From positions 14,875 through 78,874 of the forward strand of contig JAHFNT010000005.1 in the NCBI GenBank assembly GCA_023267195.1: 64,000 bases of DNA, read 5' to 3'. Source of the DNA: Candidatus Nomurabacteria bacterium (GTDB lineage: Bacteria > Patescibacteriota > Minisyncoccia > Phycocordibacterales > UBA9973). Below are positions 1 to 11,112 of the stretch, piece after piece. Made by a program: the position numbers and the translations under genes. A model generated the notes under the pieces. That model made no database searches, had not been told where the DNA came from, and saw nothing but the letters and a program-made list of their open reading frames with translations. The number at the start of each line of letters is the position of its first letter. Within the stretch, counting starts at the first letter, position 1.

Positions 1-432
1 TTCAAAATGGAAAGCATTAGGAAATGTATAAGAATCATCGGGCCTAGAAGAAATAAATGGGATAGCGCAAAGGTGGGTATTACTGCACCACCCATCAAGA
101 CAAAATATGGTTGGTTGCTTCTTTATCATGGCATTTCAAAATCTCACAACACTTATCGTATTGGGGCTGTTTTGCTTGACCTCAAAGATCCAGCCATTAT
201 GCTCGCTCGCACTTCTGATCCAATATTTGAACCACAGGAAGATTATGAGAAGGTGGGGGTGGTCAATAATGTTGTTTTCCCTTGCGGGATGGTTAAAAGA
301 CCTGCCCGTCGGGGCGGGGAAGATTTGCTTTATATTTATTATGGCGGAGCGGACACCGTCGTCGGGGTGGCCACTATTGAACTGGGAATTGTCCTGCGGG
401 CCTTAACTAGAAGTTTAAAAAAGAAAAAATAA
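1..432 (+). CDS. C-terminal fragment of a GH130/DUF377-like glycosidase (5' end outside window)
   Basis: The ORF runs off the left edge; codons 1-6 are in frame with no upstream stop. Motifs GWLLLYHG, VVFPCG and LYIYYGGADTVVGVATIEL resemble the C-terminus of the DUF377/GH130 beta-propeller glycosidase/phosphorylase family. Confidence 0.45.
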   Translation, partial: FKMESIRKCIRIIGPRRNKWDSAKVGITAPPIKTKYGWLLLYHGISKSHNTYRIGAVLLDLKDPAIMLARTSDPIFEPQEDYEKVGVVNNVVFPCGMVKRPARRGGEDLLYIYYGGADTVVGVATIELGIVLRALTRSLKKKK

Positions 433-441
433 AACGTTGTT

Positions 442-1071
442 ATGCACCTATCTATAGAATGGCTCTCGACATTTATTCTGAATTATCCTCTGCTTAAATA
501 TTTGATTGTATTTTTAGGGGCGGGATTTGGGGGAGAGTTTGGCCTCATCTCTTTGGCTTTTTTGGCGGCTCATAAAGTTTTTCCCTTAATTCCTTTTCTA
601 ATTGTCAGCTTTTTAGGGACTATGTCTTCAGATACTTTGTGGTTTTTATGGGGCAAAACCAAATTAGCTGGGAAAATTATTAGTCATCGTTATACAGCCG
701 GCACCGTCTCGGTAATCATGGAAGCAATAAGGAAAATCAGTCGGGGGAATCACCTGCTTGCCCTTATTCTTGCAAAATTTCTTGTTGGGACACGTATTCT
801 GGTCATTATGTATGTAAGTAAAACCAATATAGCTTTCAAAAAATTTATTTTACCAGACCTGGTAGCTATTCTTATCTGGCTTATTACGCTTACGTCAATT
901 GGTTATCTTTCTGGGCTTGGTTTTGCTTATATTTCAAAGATGTTAAAAAACATATATGCTGGCATAGGGTTTATTATTTTAATTGTATTCATAATTATAA
1001 TTATTCAAATATGGCTGAAGCGGTTTTTTCTTAAAAAAGAGGAAGAAATTATCAAACAGCATGATTTGTGA
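442..1071 (+). CDS. DedA/SNARE-associated family membrane protein
   Basis: 209-aa polytopic membrane protein. The N-terminal region (LIVFLGAGFGGEFGLISLAFLAAHKV...) is typical of the DedA/TVP38 family. ATG at 442. Confidence 0.55.
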   Translation: MHLSIEWLSTFILNYPLLKYLIVFLGAGFGGEFGLISLAFLAAHKVFPLIPFLIVSFLGTMSSDTLWFLWGKTKLAGKIISHRYTAGTVSVIMEAIRKISRGNHLLALILAKFLVGTRILVIMYVSKTNIAFKKFILPDLVAILIWLITLTSIGYLSGLGFAYISKMLKNIYAGIGFIILIVFIIIIIQIWLKRFFLKKEEEIIKQHDL

Positions 1072-1162
1072 CCCTTCATATAAAATAATTCAGGCCTTCG
1101 CTCTGAGGCTCAGTCTCGAAGAGGTCATGGTGAGTAAGCCCGAACCATGATATAATAAACAT

Positions 1163-1561
1163 ATGCAAATAAATTTACAGGGTAAAAATTTTGAGTTGAC
1201 CGAGTCAGTAAAGGACTATGTCCTAAAAAGGGTGACCAATCTGGAGAAATTACTTTCTAGCATAGAAGCGGGCGGAGGTGAAGTGCTAGTTGATTTTGAA
1301 GTGGGCAAGAGCACCAAGCATCATAAATCCGGTGATGTTTTTCATGCAGATTGCAACATTAATATCAACGGAAAAAATTTTTATTCAAGCTCGGATAAAG
1401 AAGACATTTTCCAGGCCATTGATGAAATCAAAGATACAATTTTTAACGATATAAGAAAAAATAAAGATCGGAAACAGACTCTGCTCAAGCGTGGCGCGCT
1501 TAGTATAAAAAAGATGTTGAAAGGCCTTACTAAGAGAAATCCATTTACTTCGAAGTACTAG
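1163..1561 (+). CDS. hpf: ribosome hibernation promoting factor (HPF/RaiA, sigma-54 modulation protein family)
   Basis: 132 aa. The MQINLQGKNFELTESVKDYV...KR..LEK opening is typical of the YfiA/HPF family; size fits a short HPF. Confidence 0.7.
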   Translation: MQINLQGKNFELTESVKDYVLKRVTNLEKLLSSIEAGGGEVLVDFEVGKSTKHHKSGDVFHADCNININGKNFYSSSDKEDIFQAIDEIKDTIFNDIRKNKDRKQTLLKRGALSIKKMLKGLTKRNPFTSKY

Positions 1562-2399
1562 TTTTCAAAAAATCTTCATATTTTATTTCTTTTTTGCCTT
1601 CAGGTAAGACTTTTTTGATTATAAATTTTTCATTTTCAAGCGTTGCTTCGGTTATGATAATTCTCTTGCTGTTTTTAAAAAAGAATGTGCGGGGCCATCT
1701 GGCATAAGCGCGGAATTTGTTATATAAAAAAACCCCATTTTCTTTTTCAATATCTACCAACCCATCTTCTTTTTTGATTTTTTTGCAGTAGCTTGTCTTT
1801 TTCTCATCTTGTGGTACTGTCTTGGTTTTGTTTTCTAAAATATCCGGTAATATTTTCACCAAAAGCTCCCCTCCCATTTTTATCAAACGTTTACGCAACA
1901 CTGAGGCGGTTTCTTCCTTTTCTATATTCGTTTTTTCTTGCGCTACAATATCTCCCGCGTCCATTTTATAAACCATCTTTTGAATAGTGATACCAGTTTC
2001 TATCTCGCCGTTTAAGATAGCGGATTCTATTGGAGAAGCGCCTCGGTATTTCGGTAAGAGTGAATAATGTATATTGATTGAACCAAATTTTGGAAGATTT
2101 AAAATATTTTCTGGAATAATTTTGCCATAGGCTATTACCACAAAAATATCATATTTGTTTTTATTAATTTTTTCCGCAAAATCTGAATCTAGATTTTCTG
2201 GTTTCAGGCAGGGGATATTATTTTCTTCGGCAAATTTGCTGACAGGCGTAGATTCCGTTTTCATACCCCTGCCTTGTTTACTGTCTGGCGAAGTAATGAT
2301 GACAGACGGCAAAAAACCTTTTTGTTTTAAAATTTGAAGTGTTTCAGACGCCACCTCGGGTGTACCCCAAAATGCAAAATTTAAATTATTTTTATTCAC
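1545..2399 (-). CDS. fmt: methionyl-tRNA formyltransferase
   Basis: The N-terminal FAFWGTPEVASETLQIL...PSVIITSPDSKQGRG is the Fmt formyltransferase signature. The C-terminal Fmt domain is present. Sits adjacent to def, the classic def-fmt pair. Confidence 0.85.
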   Translation of the reverse strand: MNKNNLNFAFWGTPEVASETLQILKQKGFLPSVIITSPDSKQGRGMKTESTPVSKFAEENNIPCLKPENLDSDFAEKINKNKYDIFVVIAYGKIIPENILNLPKFGSINIHYSLLPKYRGASPIESAILNGEIETGITIQKMVYKMDAGDIVAQEKTNIEKEETASVLRKRLIKMGGELLVKILPDILENKTKTVPQDEKKTSYCKKIKKEDGLVDIEKENGVFLYNKFRAYARWPRTFFFKNSKRIIITEATLENEKFIIKKVLPEGKKEIKYEDFLKTSTSK

Positions 2400-2430
2400 T
2401 TTATAACTTTATTAACTTTCAATTTTATAA

Positions 2431-2982
2431 CTACTTTGGTAATTCTTCTTTTACATCTTTTGCATGATCAATAAAAAGTATGCCATTTAAATGGTCGGTT
2501 TCATGCTGAAAAATTTGCGCTAAAAGCCCGGATGCGCCACGAGTAAATTTTTTCCCTTCCTCGTTATAGGCTGTGACTGTAGCCTTTTTAGACCGGAAAG
2601 TTTTGCCATAGAGCCATCTTACAGACAGGCATCCCTCTGGCACCCAGTCTTTTTCACGTGAGAGCTTGGAAATTTTTGGGTTAATAAAAACAAGATCTTT
2701 ATTCAATTCTTCCGTCGCAGTGGATGATTCAGTGTCGGGGGCACTTGTCTCGTCTCTTTTTTTACCGAAATCTTTTGCAAATATTTTACCGGAAACGATA
2801 AAAATTCGTAGTGGATATCCTATCTGGGGTGCAGCTATCGCTACACCATCGTTTTGGCTTCGGAGGGCTTCAGACATTTCTTTCAATATATTCTGTATTT
2901 TTTTATTTTTGATATCGGGGACACGCACTTCATCTGCTATTTTGCGAAGGACTTTCTCTTTTTGTTGGAGAATTTTCTTCAT
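2431..2982 (-). CDS. def: peptide deformylase
   Basis: All three PDF motifs are present: GVAIAAPQIG (motif 1), EGCLSV (motif 2) and QHETDHLNG (motif 3). Confidence 0.9.
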   Translation of the reverse strand: MKKILQQKEKVLRKIADEVRVPDIKNKKIQNILKEMSEALRSQNDGVAIAAPQIGYPLRIFIVSGKIFAKDFGKKRDETSAPDTESSTATEELNKDLVFINPKISKLSREKDWVPEGCLSVRWLYGKTFRSKKATVTAYNEEGKKFTRGASGLLAQIFQHETDHLNGILFIDHAKDVKEELPK

Positions 2983-2993
2983 ATTTTGCGGTT

Positions 2994-4301
2994 TTATTTA
3001 AGTTCCTTCAAGTATTCGAGGAGCTTGCTTAATTTTACGGTATCTTGAGATCTATTGGACATGTCTCTCACTATTACAGAATCGTCAAGCGCCTCTTTTA
3101 CTCCAAAGATTATTGCATAAGGAATAGAAAGCTTTTCCGCTATTGCCAATTGCGAGCCAAGGCTATCTTTAGATAATGACTGAGCAATAGGTATATGAGC
3201 CTTACGCAATATTTCAATTACGTTTAAACTTTTCAATTTTGCCTCAGACCCCAGTTGGATGAAATATATCTTAGGTTTTTTCATTATCCGTGGCGAGAGT
3301 TTTTTGTACCAAGTAGATGCTATTATGCGATCCACTCCTATAGATATTCCCACCGCTGGCACGTCGCGCTTGTTGCCTATTTGACGAGCCAGATAATCAT
3401 AGCGTCCGCCTCCACCAAGCGCTAGCGGAGTTCCATCCTCGCCCCCGTTTTGCTCTATAATTTCAAAAACAGTGCGGGTATAATAAGAAAGCCCGCGCAC
3501 TAGATTTTTATTTATATTGTAGGCTATGCCCATTTCTTCCAAATATTCAAGCACTTCTTTAAAATGTTTCTTACACGAAACACAGAGAGAAGAAACAGAA
3601 TCAGGAGCGTTTTCGTTTATTATTTTTGTTTTTTCTTCCTTTGAATCAAGTATGCGAAGCGGGTTTGTCTTCAGGCGTTCGCGGTCTACCGAAGGCAGAC
3701 TGCTTATATTTTTTTTATAATAATTGGTAAGTTCTCGTAGATATGTGTTTCGGCACTCTTTATCACCGATTGAATTTATGTCAATTGTCAGATTTTCTGC
3801 TCCGGCTTCCTCTAAGATGCTCATGCCAGCCTTTATCACTAGCGCATCCATAATGCTTTTCTCATTTCCCAAACAATCCAAATCAAATTGCCAAAATTGC
3901 CTATAGCGTCCGCGTTGAGGCTTGTCATGCCTGAAAACTGGACCATATTGATAAAACATCACCGGCTGAGGCATAGTTTGCATTCCGTGTTCTATGTAAG
4001 CTCGCATTAGAGGAGCCGTATGTTCGGGTCGGAGCGCTAGATGATCTCCGCCTTTAGTTTTAAATGCATACATTTCCTTATCCACAATGTCTGTGCCTTC
4101 ACCAATAGAAGAGGTAAAAATTTCTTCATGTTCCAATATTGGAGTATCGATAGGCTTGAACCCATAATAAACGGCAACTTCCTGTGCTTTTTCGAAGAAT
4201 CCCTGAAATCCATAATAATCTTCACTCATCAAATCCCGCATTCCTTTTGGGGATGCGATGTCGGTCATTTTGTTTTTGTTGGTGTGTGCAGTTTTTTTCA
4301 T
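2994..4301 (-). CDS. hisS: histidyl-tRNA synthetase
   Basis: Class II aaRS with HisRS-specific motifs (MRDLMSEDYY..., GGGRYD, RP motif). The ORF extends to 4346 but that start would overlap lepB by 41 nt. ATGs at 4301 (MKKTAHTNKNKMTD...) or 4268 (MTDIASPKGMRD) are more plausible starts. Confidence 0.85.
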   Translation of the reverse strand: MKKTAHTNKNKMTDIASPKGMRDLMSEDYYGFQGFFEKAQEVAVYYGFKPIDTPILEHEEIFTSSIGEGTDIVDKEMYAFKTKGGDHLALRPEHTAPLMRAYIEHGMQTMPQPVMFYQYGPVFRHDKPQRGRYRQFWQFDLDCLGNEKSIMDALVIKAGMSILEEAGAENLTIDINSIGDKECRNTYLRELTNYYKKNISSLPSVDRERLKTNPLRILDSKEEKTKIINENAPDSVSSLCVSCKKHFKEVLEYLEEMGIAYNINKNLVRGLSYYTRTVFEIIEQNGGEDGTPLALGGGGRYDYLARQIGNKRDVPAVGISIGVDRIIASTWYKKLSPRIMKKPKIYFIQLGSEAKLKSLNVIEILRKAHIPIAQSLSKDSLGSQLAIAEKLSIPYAIIFGVKEALDDSVIVRDMSNRSQDTVKLSKLLEYLKELK

Positions 4302-4305
4302 ATAT

Positions 4306-4893
4306 TTATAACTTATCTTCTTGACTATAACTGCCCGGTAGCACATCTATCTGGCTTATGGGGAGTAAACGCAAAAATGCTTTTCCTGTCAAAAGACTTC
4401 TTTTAACAGCCCCCCAATATCTTGAATCAGAGCTAGCGCTCCTATTATCACCCATGACGAAATATTCATCATCTTTTAATTCAAAATGCGTATCGTTGTT
4501 TGCTTGATTTTTTACAAAAGGTTGCAGAAGTTTAAAACCCTCTTTGTTTTGGGCATTTGTTATTGTTACTTCATTACCCTTTATGTCTACGGTTTCGTTG
4601 GGTAGGCCGATAATTCTCTTGATGAAGAATTTTGTTGTATCACCCGGATAGCGAAAAATAACCACATCATCTCGTTTTGGATCGCCGAGCCTATAAGATA
4701 TTTTATCCACAATTAGATAATCTCCATTGGAAAAAGTCGGCACCATTGAAGAGCCAGAAACAATAAATGGTTCAGCTACCAATACGCGAATTGGCACGAC
4801 GATAAGCAGAGCGATGAGTGCAAAGCGCACCAACTCCCAGAACGACTGTGAAATTGTTTTTTCCGCCGCTCTCTCTTGTATTTTTTCTTCCAT
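4306..4893 (-). CDS. lepB: signal peptidase I
   Basis: N-terminal TM helix. S26 family boxes GSSMVPTF (catalytic Ser), YLIVDK region (catalytic Lys) and GDNRSASSDSRYWG (box E). Confidence 0.9.
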   Translation of the reverse strand: MEEKIQERAAEKTISQSFWELVRFALIALLIVVPIRVLVAEPFIVSGSSMVPTFSNGDYLIVDKISYRLGDPKRDDVVIFRYPGDTTKFFIKRIIGLPNETVDIKGNEVTITNAQNKEGFKLLQPFVKNQANNDTHFELKDDEYFVMGDNRSASSDSRYWGAVKRSLLTGKAFLRLLPISQIDVLPGSYSQEDKL

Positions 4894-4992
4894 GGCTACA
4901 ATATAACATAAAAAATCCTTGACAGGGTAGCAAAATTTGTTGGGTAATTCAAAATTATGAATTAAGAATTATTAATTTGTTATCATATAAAG

Positions 4993-5520
4993 ATGAAGCT
5001 AGTAGTTGGTTTAGGAAATCCGGGTGAAGAGTATGAAAAGACCAGGCACAATACTGGGCGGATTTTAGTTTCGATGATAGAGGACAAACTGGAAGGAGAG
5101 AAGATAAAGTTCCTAACGCCGGATACTTTTATGAATAATTCTGGAAAAGCAGTTGTTCCTTTGGTAAAAAATAAAAAAGATTTGGAGAATTTGGTGGTGA
5201 TTTATGATGATATTGATTTACCGCTTGGTAAAATGAAAATTTCTTTCAATCGCTCGAGTGGGGGACATAACGGTTTAAATTCAATTATTAAAGCGCTAAA
5301 GTCTCAAGAATTTCTGCGGATTAGAATTGGTATTTCCCCTGCGACCCCATCAGGCAAAATTAAAAAACCAGTAGGTGAAAAAGCCGTTTTAAATTTCCTG
5401 CTTGGCGAATATAAAAAACCAGAATTAGAAACTCTCAAAAAACTTTCCAAAAAAGTGGCTGAGGCAGTGGAAACTATTTTTACCGAAAGCAAAGAAAAAG
5501 CAATGAGTCTTTATAATTAA
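4993..5520 (+). CDS. pth: peptidyl-tRNA hydrolase
   Basis: MKLVVGLGNPGEEYEKTRHNTG is the canonical Pth N-terminus. Also GGHNGLNSI. Confidence 0.9.
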   Translation: MKLVVGLGNPGEEYEKTRHNTGRILVSMIEDKLEGEKIKFLTPDTFMNNSGKAVVPLVKNKKDLENLVVIYDDIDLPLGKMKISFNRSSGGHNGLNSIIKALKSQEFLRIRIGISPATPSGKIKKPVGEKAVLNFLLGEYKKPELETLKKLSKKVAEAVETIFTESKEKAMSLYN

Positions 5521-5521
5521 T

Positions 5522-8500
5522 TTAAATTTCCTTTACCGCTTCTATCACGATGCTCTTTTCGCCGTTGCGAAGAGAAACTTTGCCAGAGAAGGCTATGCAT
5601 TTTTCTGGGACGAGTATATCTGCAGAATCTTTGAAAATGGAAGGGAAACAAACGGCTTCGATGGTATCGCTCAGGTCTGCAATTTTTAAGAAAACCATGC
5701 GGTCATTGTTTTTAGTGATAACTTGCCTTGCATTTTCAATAATTCCAGCTAGGGTAGTTTGCATTCCGTTGCCGAATTCTTCTTTGACTTTTTTGATGTT
5801 CACAGTGCGTTTTTCTAATTTTTCCCGCAGGCGATCAAGTGGATGTCCGGAAATATAAAGTCCAAGCAGTTCTTTTTCCCAAAGCAATTTTTCTGCTTGG
5901 GTGGCTTCTCCCGCTTTTTGCAATTTGAATTCTGGGGCCTTAATTTCTGCAGAGCCGCCAAAAAGGGAAACCTGATTGCCGTTTTGTTTGGAATTTTCGT
6001 GGTTGTATTCCAACATTGCTTCTAGATTTGCCAAAAGTATTCCACGATCATTCCATTCATCCATGCAGCCGGATTTGATGAGCGCTTCCATAGATTTTTT
6101 ATTTAAATTTTTGTGTTTGATTCTATCCAAGAAATCTGTAATTGATTTGAATTTTCCATTTAATTTTCTTTCTTTGATGATTGCATCCGAAATATCCGTA
6201 CCCAAATTTTTGATTGTATAAAATCCGAATCTTATTTTTTCGCTTCTATTTTCTTTGTCTATGTTGAGCCCAGTTTTAGTCGATAAACAAGTGAATCCGC
6301 CAAAACTTTCGTTGATATTCGGTGGTAAAACCGGAATTTTCATATTTTTACATTCCTCGATTATTTCCGCGATTTTTTCCACATCGCCGGATTCGGCTGT
6401 TAAAATCGCGGCCATGTATTCTACTGGAAAGTGTGCTTTCAAATACGCTGTTTCGTAGGCGACTCGGCCATAGGAAGCAGCGTGCGCTTTATTGAATCCA
6501 TAAGCCTGAAAAGGCTCAAAAAGTTTCCAGAGTTTTTCTGCGAATTCTGGAGTTTGACCGTTTTTGATTATACCCTTGGTAAATTTTTCCCTTTGTGCCG
6601 CCATTTCAGCCGGTATTTTTTTACCGACGGCCTTACGGAATTTATCCGCTTCCTCCCAGTTATAACCAGCGAGTTCTATAGCACAAAAAAGAAGGTCATC
6701 TTGGTACACGATTAGCCCATATGATTCGCCTAGGAATTTTTTCATGCGCGGATCTAAATATTTTACGAGACTTGGATTGTGTTTGCGTTTGATGTACTCC
6801 GGAATTGATTCCATTGGGCCAGGACGGTATAAAGCGACCATGGCATTGATGTCGTGGATTGAAGAAGGTTTTAATTCTTTCAAATATCTAGTCATGCCGG
6901 AACCATTCAATTGGAAAAGCCCTTCTGTTTGGCCGTGTGCCAAAAGTTCAAAGGTTTTCTTGTCGTCGAGTGGTAGCTTGTCTAAATTTATTTCCACTTC
7001 GTAAAATTTTTTAACTAAATTGATTGCGTCTGCCAAAATTGCCAAATTTCTGATTCCCAAAAAGTCGAATTTTAAAAGTCCCGCTTCTTCTGCGCTATAC
7101 ATGTCATATTGGGTAATTATTTTTCCGCCTTTCGGGTCGAGCTGGGTCGGCATGTATTCATAAATAGGCAAGGGCGCGATGACTACTCCGGCGGCATGCA
7201 CCGAAATGTGTCGGACACACCCTTCCAATTTTTTGGCTAAATCTATTATTTCTTTCGTGTCTTTCTCTTTTTTGTAAGCTTCAGCTAGTTCTGGCACGAT
7301 TTCCATAGCGTGATCGATCGTCATCGGCATGCCTTGCGAACCCATCGGAATCATTTTAGAGATTCTATCTCCTACAGAGTAAGGGTAGGCAAGCGCTCGG
7401 GCTACATCTCGCACCGCTCCGCGTGCCATCATCGTACCAAAAGTTCCTATCTGGGCGACTTTATCTTCGCCATACTTTTGTTTGACATATTCAATCATTT
7501 CATCTCGCCTATTATCGGCGTAATCCATATCGATATCTGGAGCCGAAGGGCGGTAGGGGTTCAAAAATCGTTCAAATGGAAGTTTGTATTCAATAGGATT
7601 AATATTTGTAATTCCGATTAAATAAGTAACCATTGAGCCTGCTACCGATCCTCGGATAGCGGTCAGAATGCCGTTTTCTCTGGCATGTCGGAGCAGATCC
7701 CCAACTACTAAAAAATATGGAGAATAGCCTTTATCAAAAATAATTTTTAGTTCATATTCTATGCGGTCTTTTATTTCCGGAGTTTCTTTTATGTTCAAAT
7801 TTTTAAGCCCGGCGTAAGCGAGCTCGCGCAGTTTTGCATCATGTGTTTTACCATCTTCTATCTTTATGTCCGGGAAAACCCAACGCCCAAGTTCAAGCTC
7901 CAAATTGCACATTTCCGCTACTTTTAAAGTGTTATCAACTGCTTCAGGAACATCTTTGAAAATTTCTCTGGCCCTTTTTACGTCAATAAAAGAATAATCG
8001 CCATCCCCAAAGGAAAATTTATTTTCATCCTTAATGTCAGAATTTGTTTGAATGGACAGCAGGGTATCGTGCGCTTTACTGTCTTCTGTGTGGCAATAAT
8101 GTGAATCTATTGTTCCCACCAGAGGAATATTTAGCCGTTTACTTAAGGCAATTAAACCATCTTTGACTTCTTTTCCTCCATCAATTTTTCCATAATCTTG
8201 GATCTCTAGAAAATAATTTTCCTTACCAAAAATTTCTTGATATTCTTTAATTATTTTTTCTCCTGCCTCTGGATTTTTATTTGCCAGCGCTCGGCCAAGT
8301 TCTCCGCCGAGACAGCCGGAAAGCGCAATTAAGCCTTCAGAATATTTTCGTAAGATTTCTTTGTCCATGCGGGGTTTATAATAAAATCCTTCAACATGGG
8401 AAAGTGTCACTAGGCGCATAAGATTTTTATAACCCTGTAGGTTTTTCGCGAGCAGAATGAGATGGTATCTTTTGTTGTCTATGCCGGGGTCTTTATCTAG

Positions 8501-8728
8501 TCGGCCACGGTTTGAGATGTAAGCTTCAACGCCTATAATAGGTTTGACGCCAGCCTTTTTTGCCAGTTTATAGAATTCTATAGCGCCGTACATATTGCCA
8601 TGATCTGTGATAGCTATAGCTGGCATGCCAAATTTCTTGGCCAAATCCACTAAATCTTCAAGCTTTGAAAGCCCGTCCAAGAGGGAATAGTGCGAATGTG
8701 TATGTAGGTGGACAAAACCCTTTTCCAT
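5522..8728 (-). CDS. dnaE: DNA polymerase III alpha subunit
   Basis: 1068 aa. N-terminal PHP domain ([15 protein letters not shown]), polymerase core and a C-terminal OB fold. A short DnaE typical of reduced genomes. Confidence 0.9.
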   Translation of the reverse strand: MEKGFVHLHTHSHYSLLDGLSKLEDLVDLAKKFGMPAIAITDHGNMYGAIEFYKLAKKAGVKPIIGVEAYISNRGRLDKDPGIDNKRYHLILLAKNLQGYKNLMRLVTLSHVEGFYYKPRMDKEILRKYSEGLIALSGCLGGELGRALANKNPEAGEKIIKEYQEIFGKENYFLEIQDYGKIDGGKEVKDGLIALSKRLNIPLVGTIDSHYCHTEDSKAHDTLLSIQTNSDIKDENKFSFGDGDYSFIDVKRAREIFKDVPEAVDNTLKVAEMCNLELELGRWVFPDIKIEDGKTHDAKLRELAYAGLKNLNIKETPEIKDRIEYELKIIFDKGYSPYFLVVGDLLRHARENGILTAIRGSVAGSMVTYLIGITNINPIEYKLPFERFLNPYRPSAPDIDMDYADNRRDEMIEYVKQKYGEDKVAQIGTFGTMMARGAVRDVARALAYPYSVGDRISKMIPMGSQGMPMTIDHAMEIVPELAEAYKKEKDTKEIIDLAKKLEGCVRHISVHAAGVVIAPLPIYEYMPTQLDPKGGKIITQYDMYSAEEAGLLKFDFLGIRNLAILADAINLVKKFYEVEINLDKLPLDDKKTFELLAHGQTEGLFQLNGSGMTRYLKELKPSSIHDINAMVALYRPGPMESIPEYIKRKHNPSLVKYLDPRMKKFLGESYGLIVYQDDLLFCAIELAGYNWEEADKFRKAVGKKIPAEMAAQREKFTKGIIKNGQTPEFAEKLWKLFEPFQAYGFNKAHAASYGRVAYETAYLKAHFPVEYMAAILTAESGDVEKIAEIIEECKNMKIPVLPPNINESFGGFTCLSTKTGLNIDKENRSEKIRFGFYTIKNLGTDISDAIIKERKLNGKFKSITDFLDRIKHKNLNKKSMEALIKSGCMDEWNDRGILLANLEAMLEYNHENSKQNGNQVSLFGGSAEIKAPEFKLQKAGEATQAEKLLWEKELLGLYISGHPLDRLREKLEKRTVNIKKVKEEFGNGMQTTLAGIIENARQVITKNNDRMVFLKIADLSDTIEAVCFPSIFKDSADILVPEKCIAFSGKVSLRNGEKSIVIEAVKEI

Positions 8729-8755
8729 TTTTTTATAATAGCATATAATAGACCT

Positions 8756-9808
8756 ATGAAAAAAATACGAGTTGGGATAAATGGTTTCGGCAGAATTGGT
8801 AGAGCTTTTTTAAAAGTTGCTTGGGATAGACCAGAAGTGGAAGTGGTTGCTGTAAATGATTTGGGCGATGTCGCCAACATGGCGTATCTTTTAAAATACG
8901 ACACGGTGTACCGAGAATGGAAACATGATATCAAAGTTGAGGGCGACAGTTTAGTTATTGATGCAAGAGAAGACAGAAAAGTAAAAGTTTTAGCGCAAAA
9001 AGATCCTGCGACGCTGCCATGGAAAGATTTGGGAGTGGATGTCGTCGTAGAATCGACTGGACTTTTTACCAGTTATGATAAAGCAAAAGTGCATTTGGAT
9101 GCTGGGGCAAAGAAAGTGGTGATTTCGGCGCCAGAAAAAGGCGGAGACCCTTCGACAAGCTCAGGGCAAGCGGTTCATGGGGAAACTATTTTGCTTGGCG
9201 TGAATGAAGAAAAATTTGGCACTTGCGATCTTACTTCCAATGCTTCTTGTACGACGAATGCGGCTTCGCCTTTGATCGCTATTCTCAATGAAGCTTTAGG
9301 AGTAGAAAAAGCTATTTTAAATACAGTGCATGGCTATACGGCTTCGCAAGGAATTGTCGATGGACCAAATAAAAAAGATTTTCGGGAAGGTCGCGCCGCA
9401 GCGCAAAATATTGTCCCTTCTTCGACTGGTGCAGCGATCGCCGTGACGAAAGCTTTTCCCGAGCTCGAAGGACTTTTTGATGGTATTTCCATCCGCGTGC
9501 CAGTAGTTGCTGGGTCAATTGTAGACGTTACTTTTATATCAAAAAAAGAAACGACCGCCAAAGAAGTGAATTCTATACTCCAAAAAGCTTCTCAAGATTC
9601 CAGATGGAATAAAATTTTTGCCGTGACCGAAGAGCCTTTAGTTTCTGGTGATATTTTGGGAAGTAGTTATGGTTCAATCGCTGACCTCAAAATGACTCGC
9701 GTCGTCGGCGGCAATCTCGTAAAAGTGATGGGCTGGTACGACAACGAAATGGGGTATACCTATACTCTCGTGGATCATGTAATCAAGACGGGGGAAACTA
9801 TAAAATAA
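8756..9808 (+). CDS. gap: glyceraldehyde-3-phosphate dehydrogenase
   Basis: [16 protein letters not shown] Rossmann N-terminus and catalytic SNASCTTN. The ATG at 8756 is preferred over the upstream alternative start. Carries a short insertion ([17 protein letters not shown]) relative to canonical GAPDH. Confidence 0.9.
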   Translation: MKKIRVGINGFGRIGRAFLKVAWDRPEVEVVAVNDLGDVANMAYLLKYDTVYREWKHDIKVEGDSLVIDAREDRKVKVLAQKDPATLPWKDLGVDVVVESTGLFTSYDKAKVHLDAGAKKVVISAPEKGGDPSTSSGQAVHGETILLGVNEEKFGTCDLTSNASCTTNAASPLIAILNEALGVEKAILNTVHGYTASQGIVDGPNKKDFREGRAAAQNIVPSSTGAAIAVTKAFPELEGLFDGISIRVPVVAGSIVDVTFISKKETTAKEVNSILQKASQDSRWNKIFAVTEEPLVSGDILGSSYGSIADLKMTRVVGGNLVKVMGWYDNEMGYTYTLVDHVIKTGETIK

Positions 9809-9817
9809 ATTAAAATT

Positions 9818-10126
9818 ATGCAAAAAAGATATTGGTTGCGAGGTGGAATAATTGCATTAATTATTTATGCTGTTGTCACAGTTATATTGGTTCCTTTTAG
9901 CACTTTAGGTAAAGAGTGCTCTGTTTTTTGTTTGACCTATTGGTCTATCCCTTCATTTATTGGCTCAATTATTATTTCTTTCCCAATTAAAATACTTACC
10001 GGATCTACTTTTTTCATGCGCGGTTCAAATGTCTTTTTCGGCGCTATCTATTTTTATTTTATTATTGGTATGGTTATCGGTTGGGTGTATGGGAAAATTA
10101 AAAGAAAAAACAATATTAACATTTAA
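9818..10126 (+). CDS. hypothetical small membrane protein (3 TM)
   Basis: ORF with good hydrophobic helical periodicity, following gap on the same strand. No recognisable family. Confidence 0.35.
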   Translation: MQKRYWLRGGIIALIIYAVVTVILVPFSTLGKECSVFCLTYWSIPSFIGSIIISFPIKILTGSTFFMRGSNVFFGAIYFYFIIGMVIGWVYGKIKRKNNINI

Positions 10127-10131
10127 AAAAA

Positions 10132-11112
10132 TTATTTTTCTAATTCCGGCAAGACTTTAAAATACTCGTCTATGTAGGGGAACATAGTGTCGCAAGCGAC
10201 GAAGACAACATTCGTGTTCTTTTTTAACTTCTTTTCTTTTTTTAGTTTGGCCAAAGTTTCTAAAATACCAGCGAGTTGCATGCCGGTCGAAGGGCCGACG
10301 AAAAGGCCTTCGCGGATAAGTTTCAAACTCGTTTCGAAAGCTGGCTCAGTAGCTACTGGGACTTCTTTATCAACTACTTTCTGCCAAGGGAAGAAAAGCT
10401 TTTTCACCGCATCTTCTCCTCGCGAGCCGGGAATCGAGGAGCCAGTTTTTATGGATGTGCCAATTATTAAAATATTTGGAATTTTCTTTTTTAAATAAGA
10501 CCCACTTCCAGTAATCGTTCCACCTGTGCCCAAGCTCATGCAGAAAATATTAATTTTCCTTCCAAATTGTCCATATAGCTCTTTGCCGATTACTTCACTT
10601 GAAGCTTTCGGGCTATTCGGATTTATGTATTGATGCAAATTTTTCCAGCCTGCTTGCTTGCCCATCTGGGTTGCATCCCAAATTCCGCCTATTTCACTTT
10701 TTACATCCGGTGAAGCAGGCCCGTCGGAAATAATGAGATCTGTACCCATCAATTTTAAAATATTTTGTTTATTTTTTGGAACATCCGGGGTGATGATCGC
10801 ATGCATATTGGGGATGCCGAAATGTCGAGCTAGTATCGTCAAAGACAGGACAGTGTTTCCGGAAGAATATTCCACCAAGTGCTTTATTTTTTTTAATTCA
10901 TTTTTTGGAATGCCATCGAGCATATACCAAGCAGGCAGAGATTTGATATTGGCGAGAGGCACGCTTTGCATCAGTTTTATATAAATATGTATGCTGTCTT
11001 TGAGATATGGATTTAGGCGAAGAGGAAGCTCTACGACAGGCGAAGGGCCCATAGAACCGGGTTTTAGATAATCAAATATTGCTTTTTCGCCCTTGAATGT
11101 ATTTTTTTTCAT
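10132..11112 (-). CDS. PLP-dependent cysteine synthase family protein (CysK/CysM/CBS-like)
   Basis: PALP fold: PLP-lysine region near the N-terminus, SSGNT, glycine-rich GTGGTITG loop. 326 aa. Confidence 0.75.
   Translation of the reverse strand: MKKNTFKGEKAIFDYLKPGSMGPSPVVELPLRLNPYLKDSIHIYIKLMQSVPLANIKSLPAWYMLDGIPKNELKKIKHLVEYSSGNTVLSLTILARHFGIPNMHAIITPDVPKNKQNILKLMGTDLIISDGPASPDVKSEIGGIWDATQMGKQAGWKNLHQYINPNSPKASSEVIGKELYGQFGRKINIFCMSLGTGGTITGSGSYLKKKIPNILIIGTSIKTGSSIPGSRGEDAVKKLFFPWQKVVDKEVPVATEPAFETSLKLIREGLFVGPSTGMQLAGILETLAKLKKEKKLKKNTNVVFVACDTMFPYIDEYFKVLPELEK

Noticed and set aside
4306-4346. hisS start at 4346 (MCYRAVIVKK...)
   Set aside because: It would overlap lepB by 41 nt on the same strand. 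The downstream ATGs at 4301 and 4268 retain the full conserved HisRS N-terminus.
5550-8400. Multiple 60-100-aa ORFs on the + strand inside dnaE (5550-5858, 5843-6025, 5976-6221, 6255-6458, 6431-6715, 6744-7004, 7310-7621)
   Set aside because: They are antisense to a well-supported 1068-aa dnaE reading frame and show no recognisable motifs. Typical shadow ORFs.
8650-8934. 94-aa minus-strand ORF spanning the dnaE start / gap start region
   Set aside because: It overlaps two strongly supported genes and has no motifs. Likely spurious.
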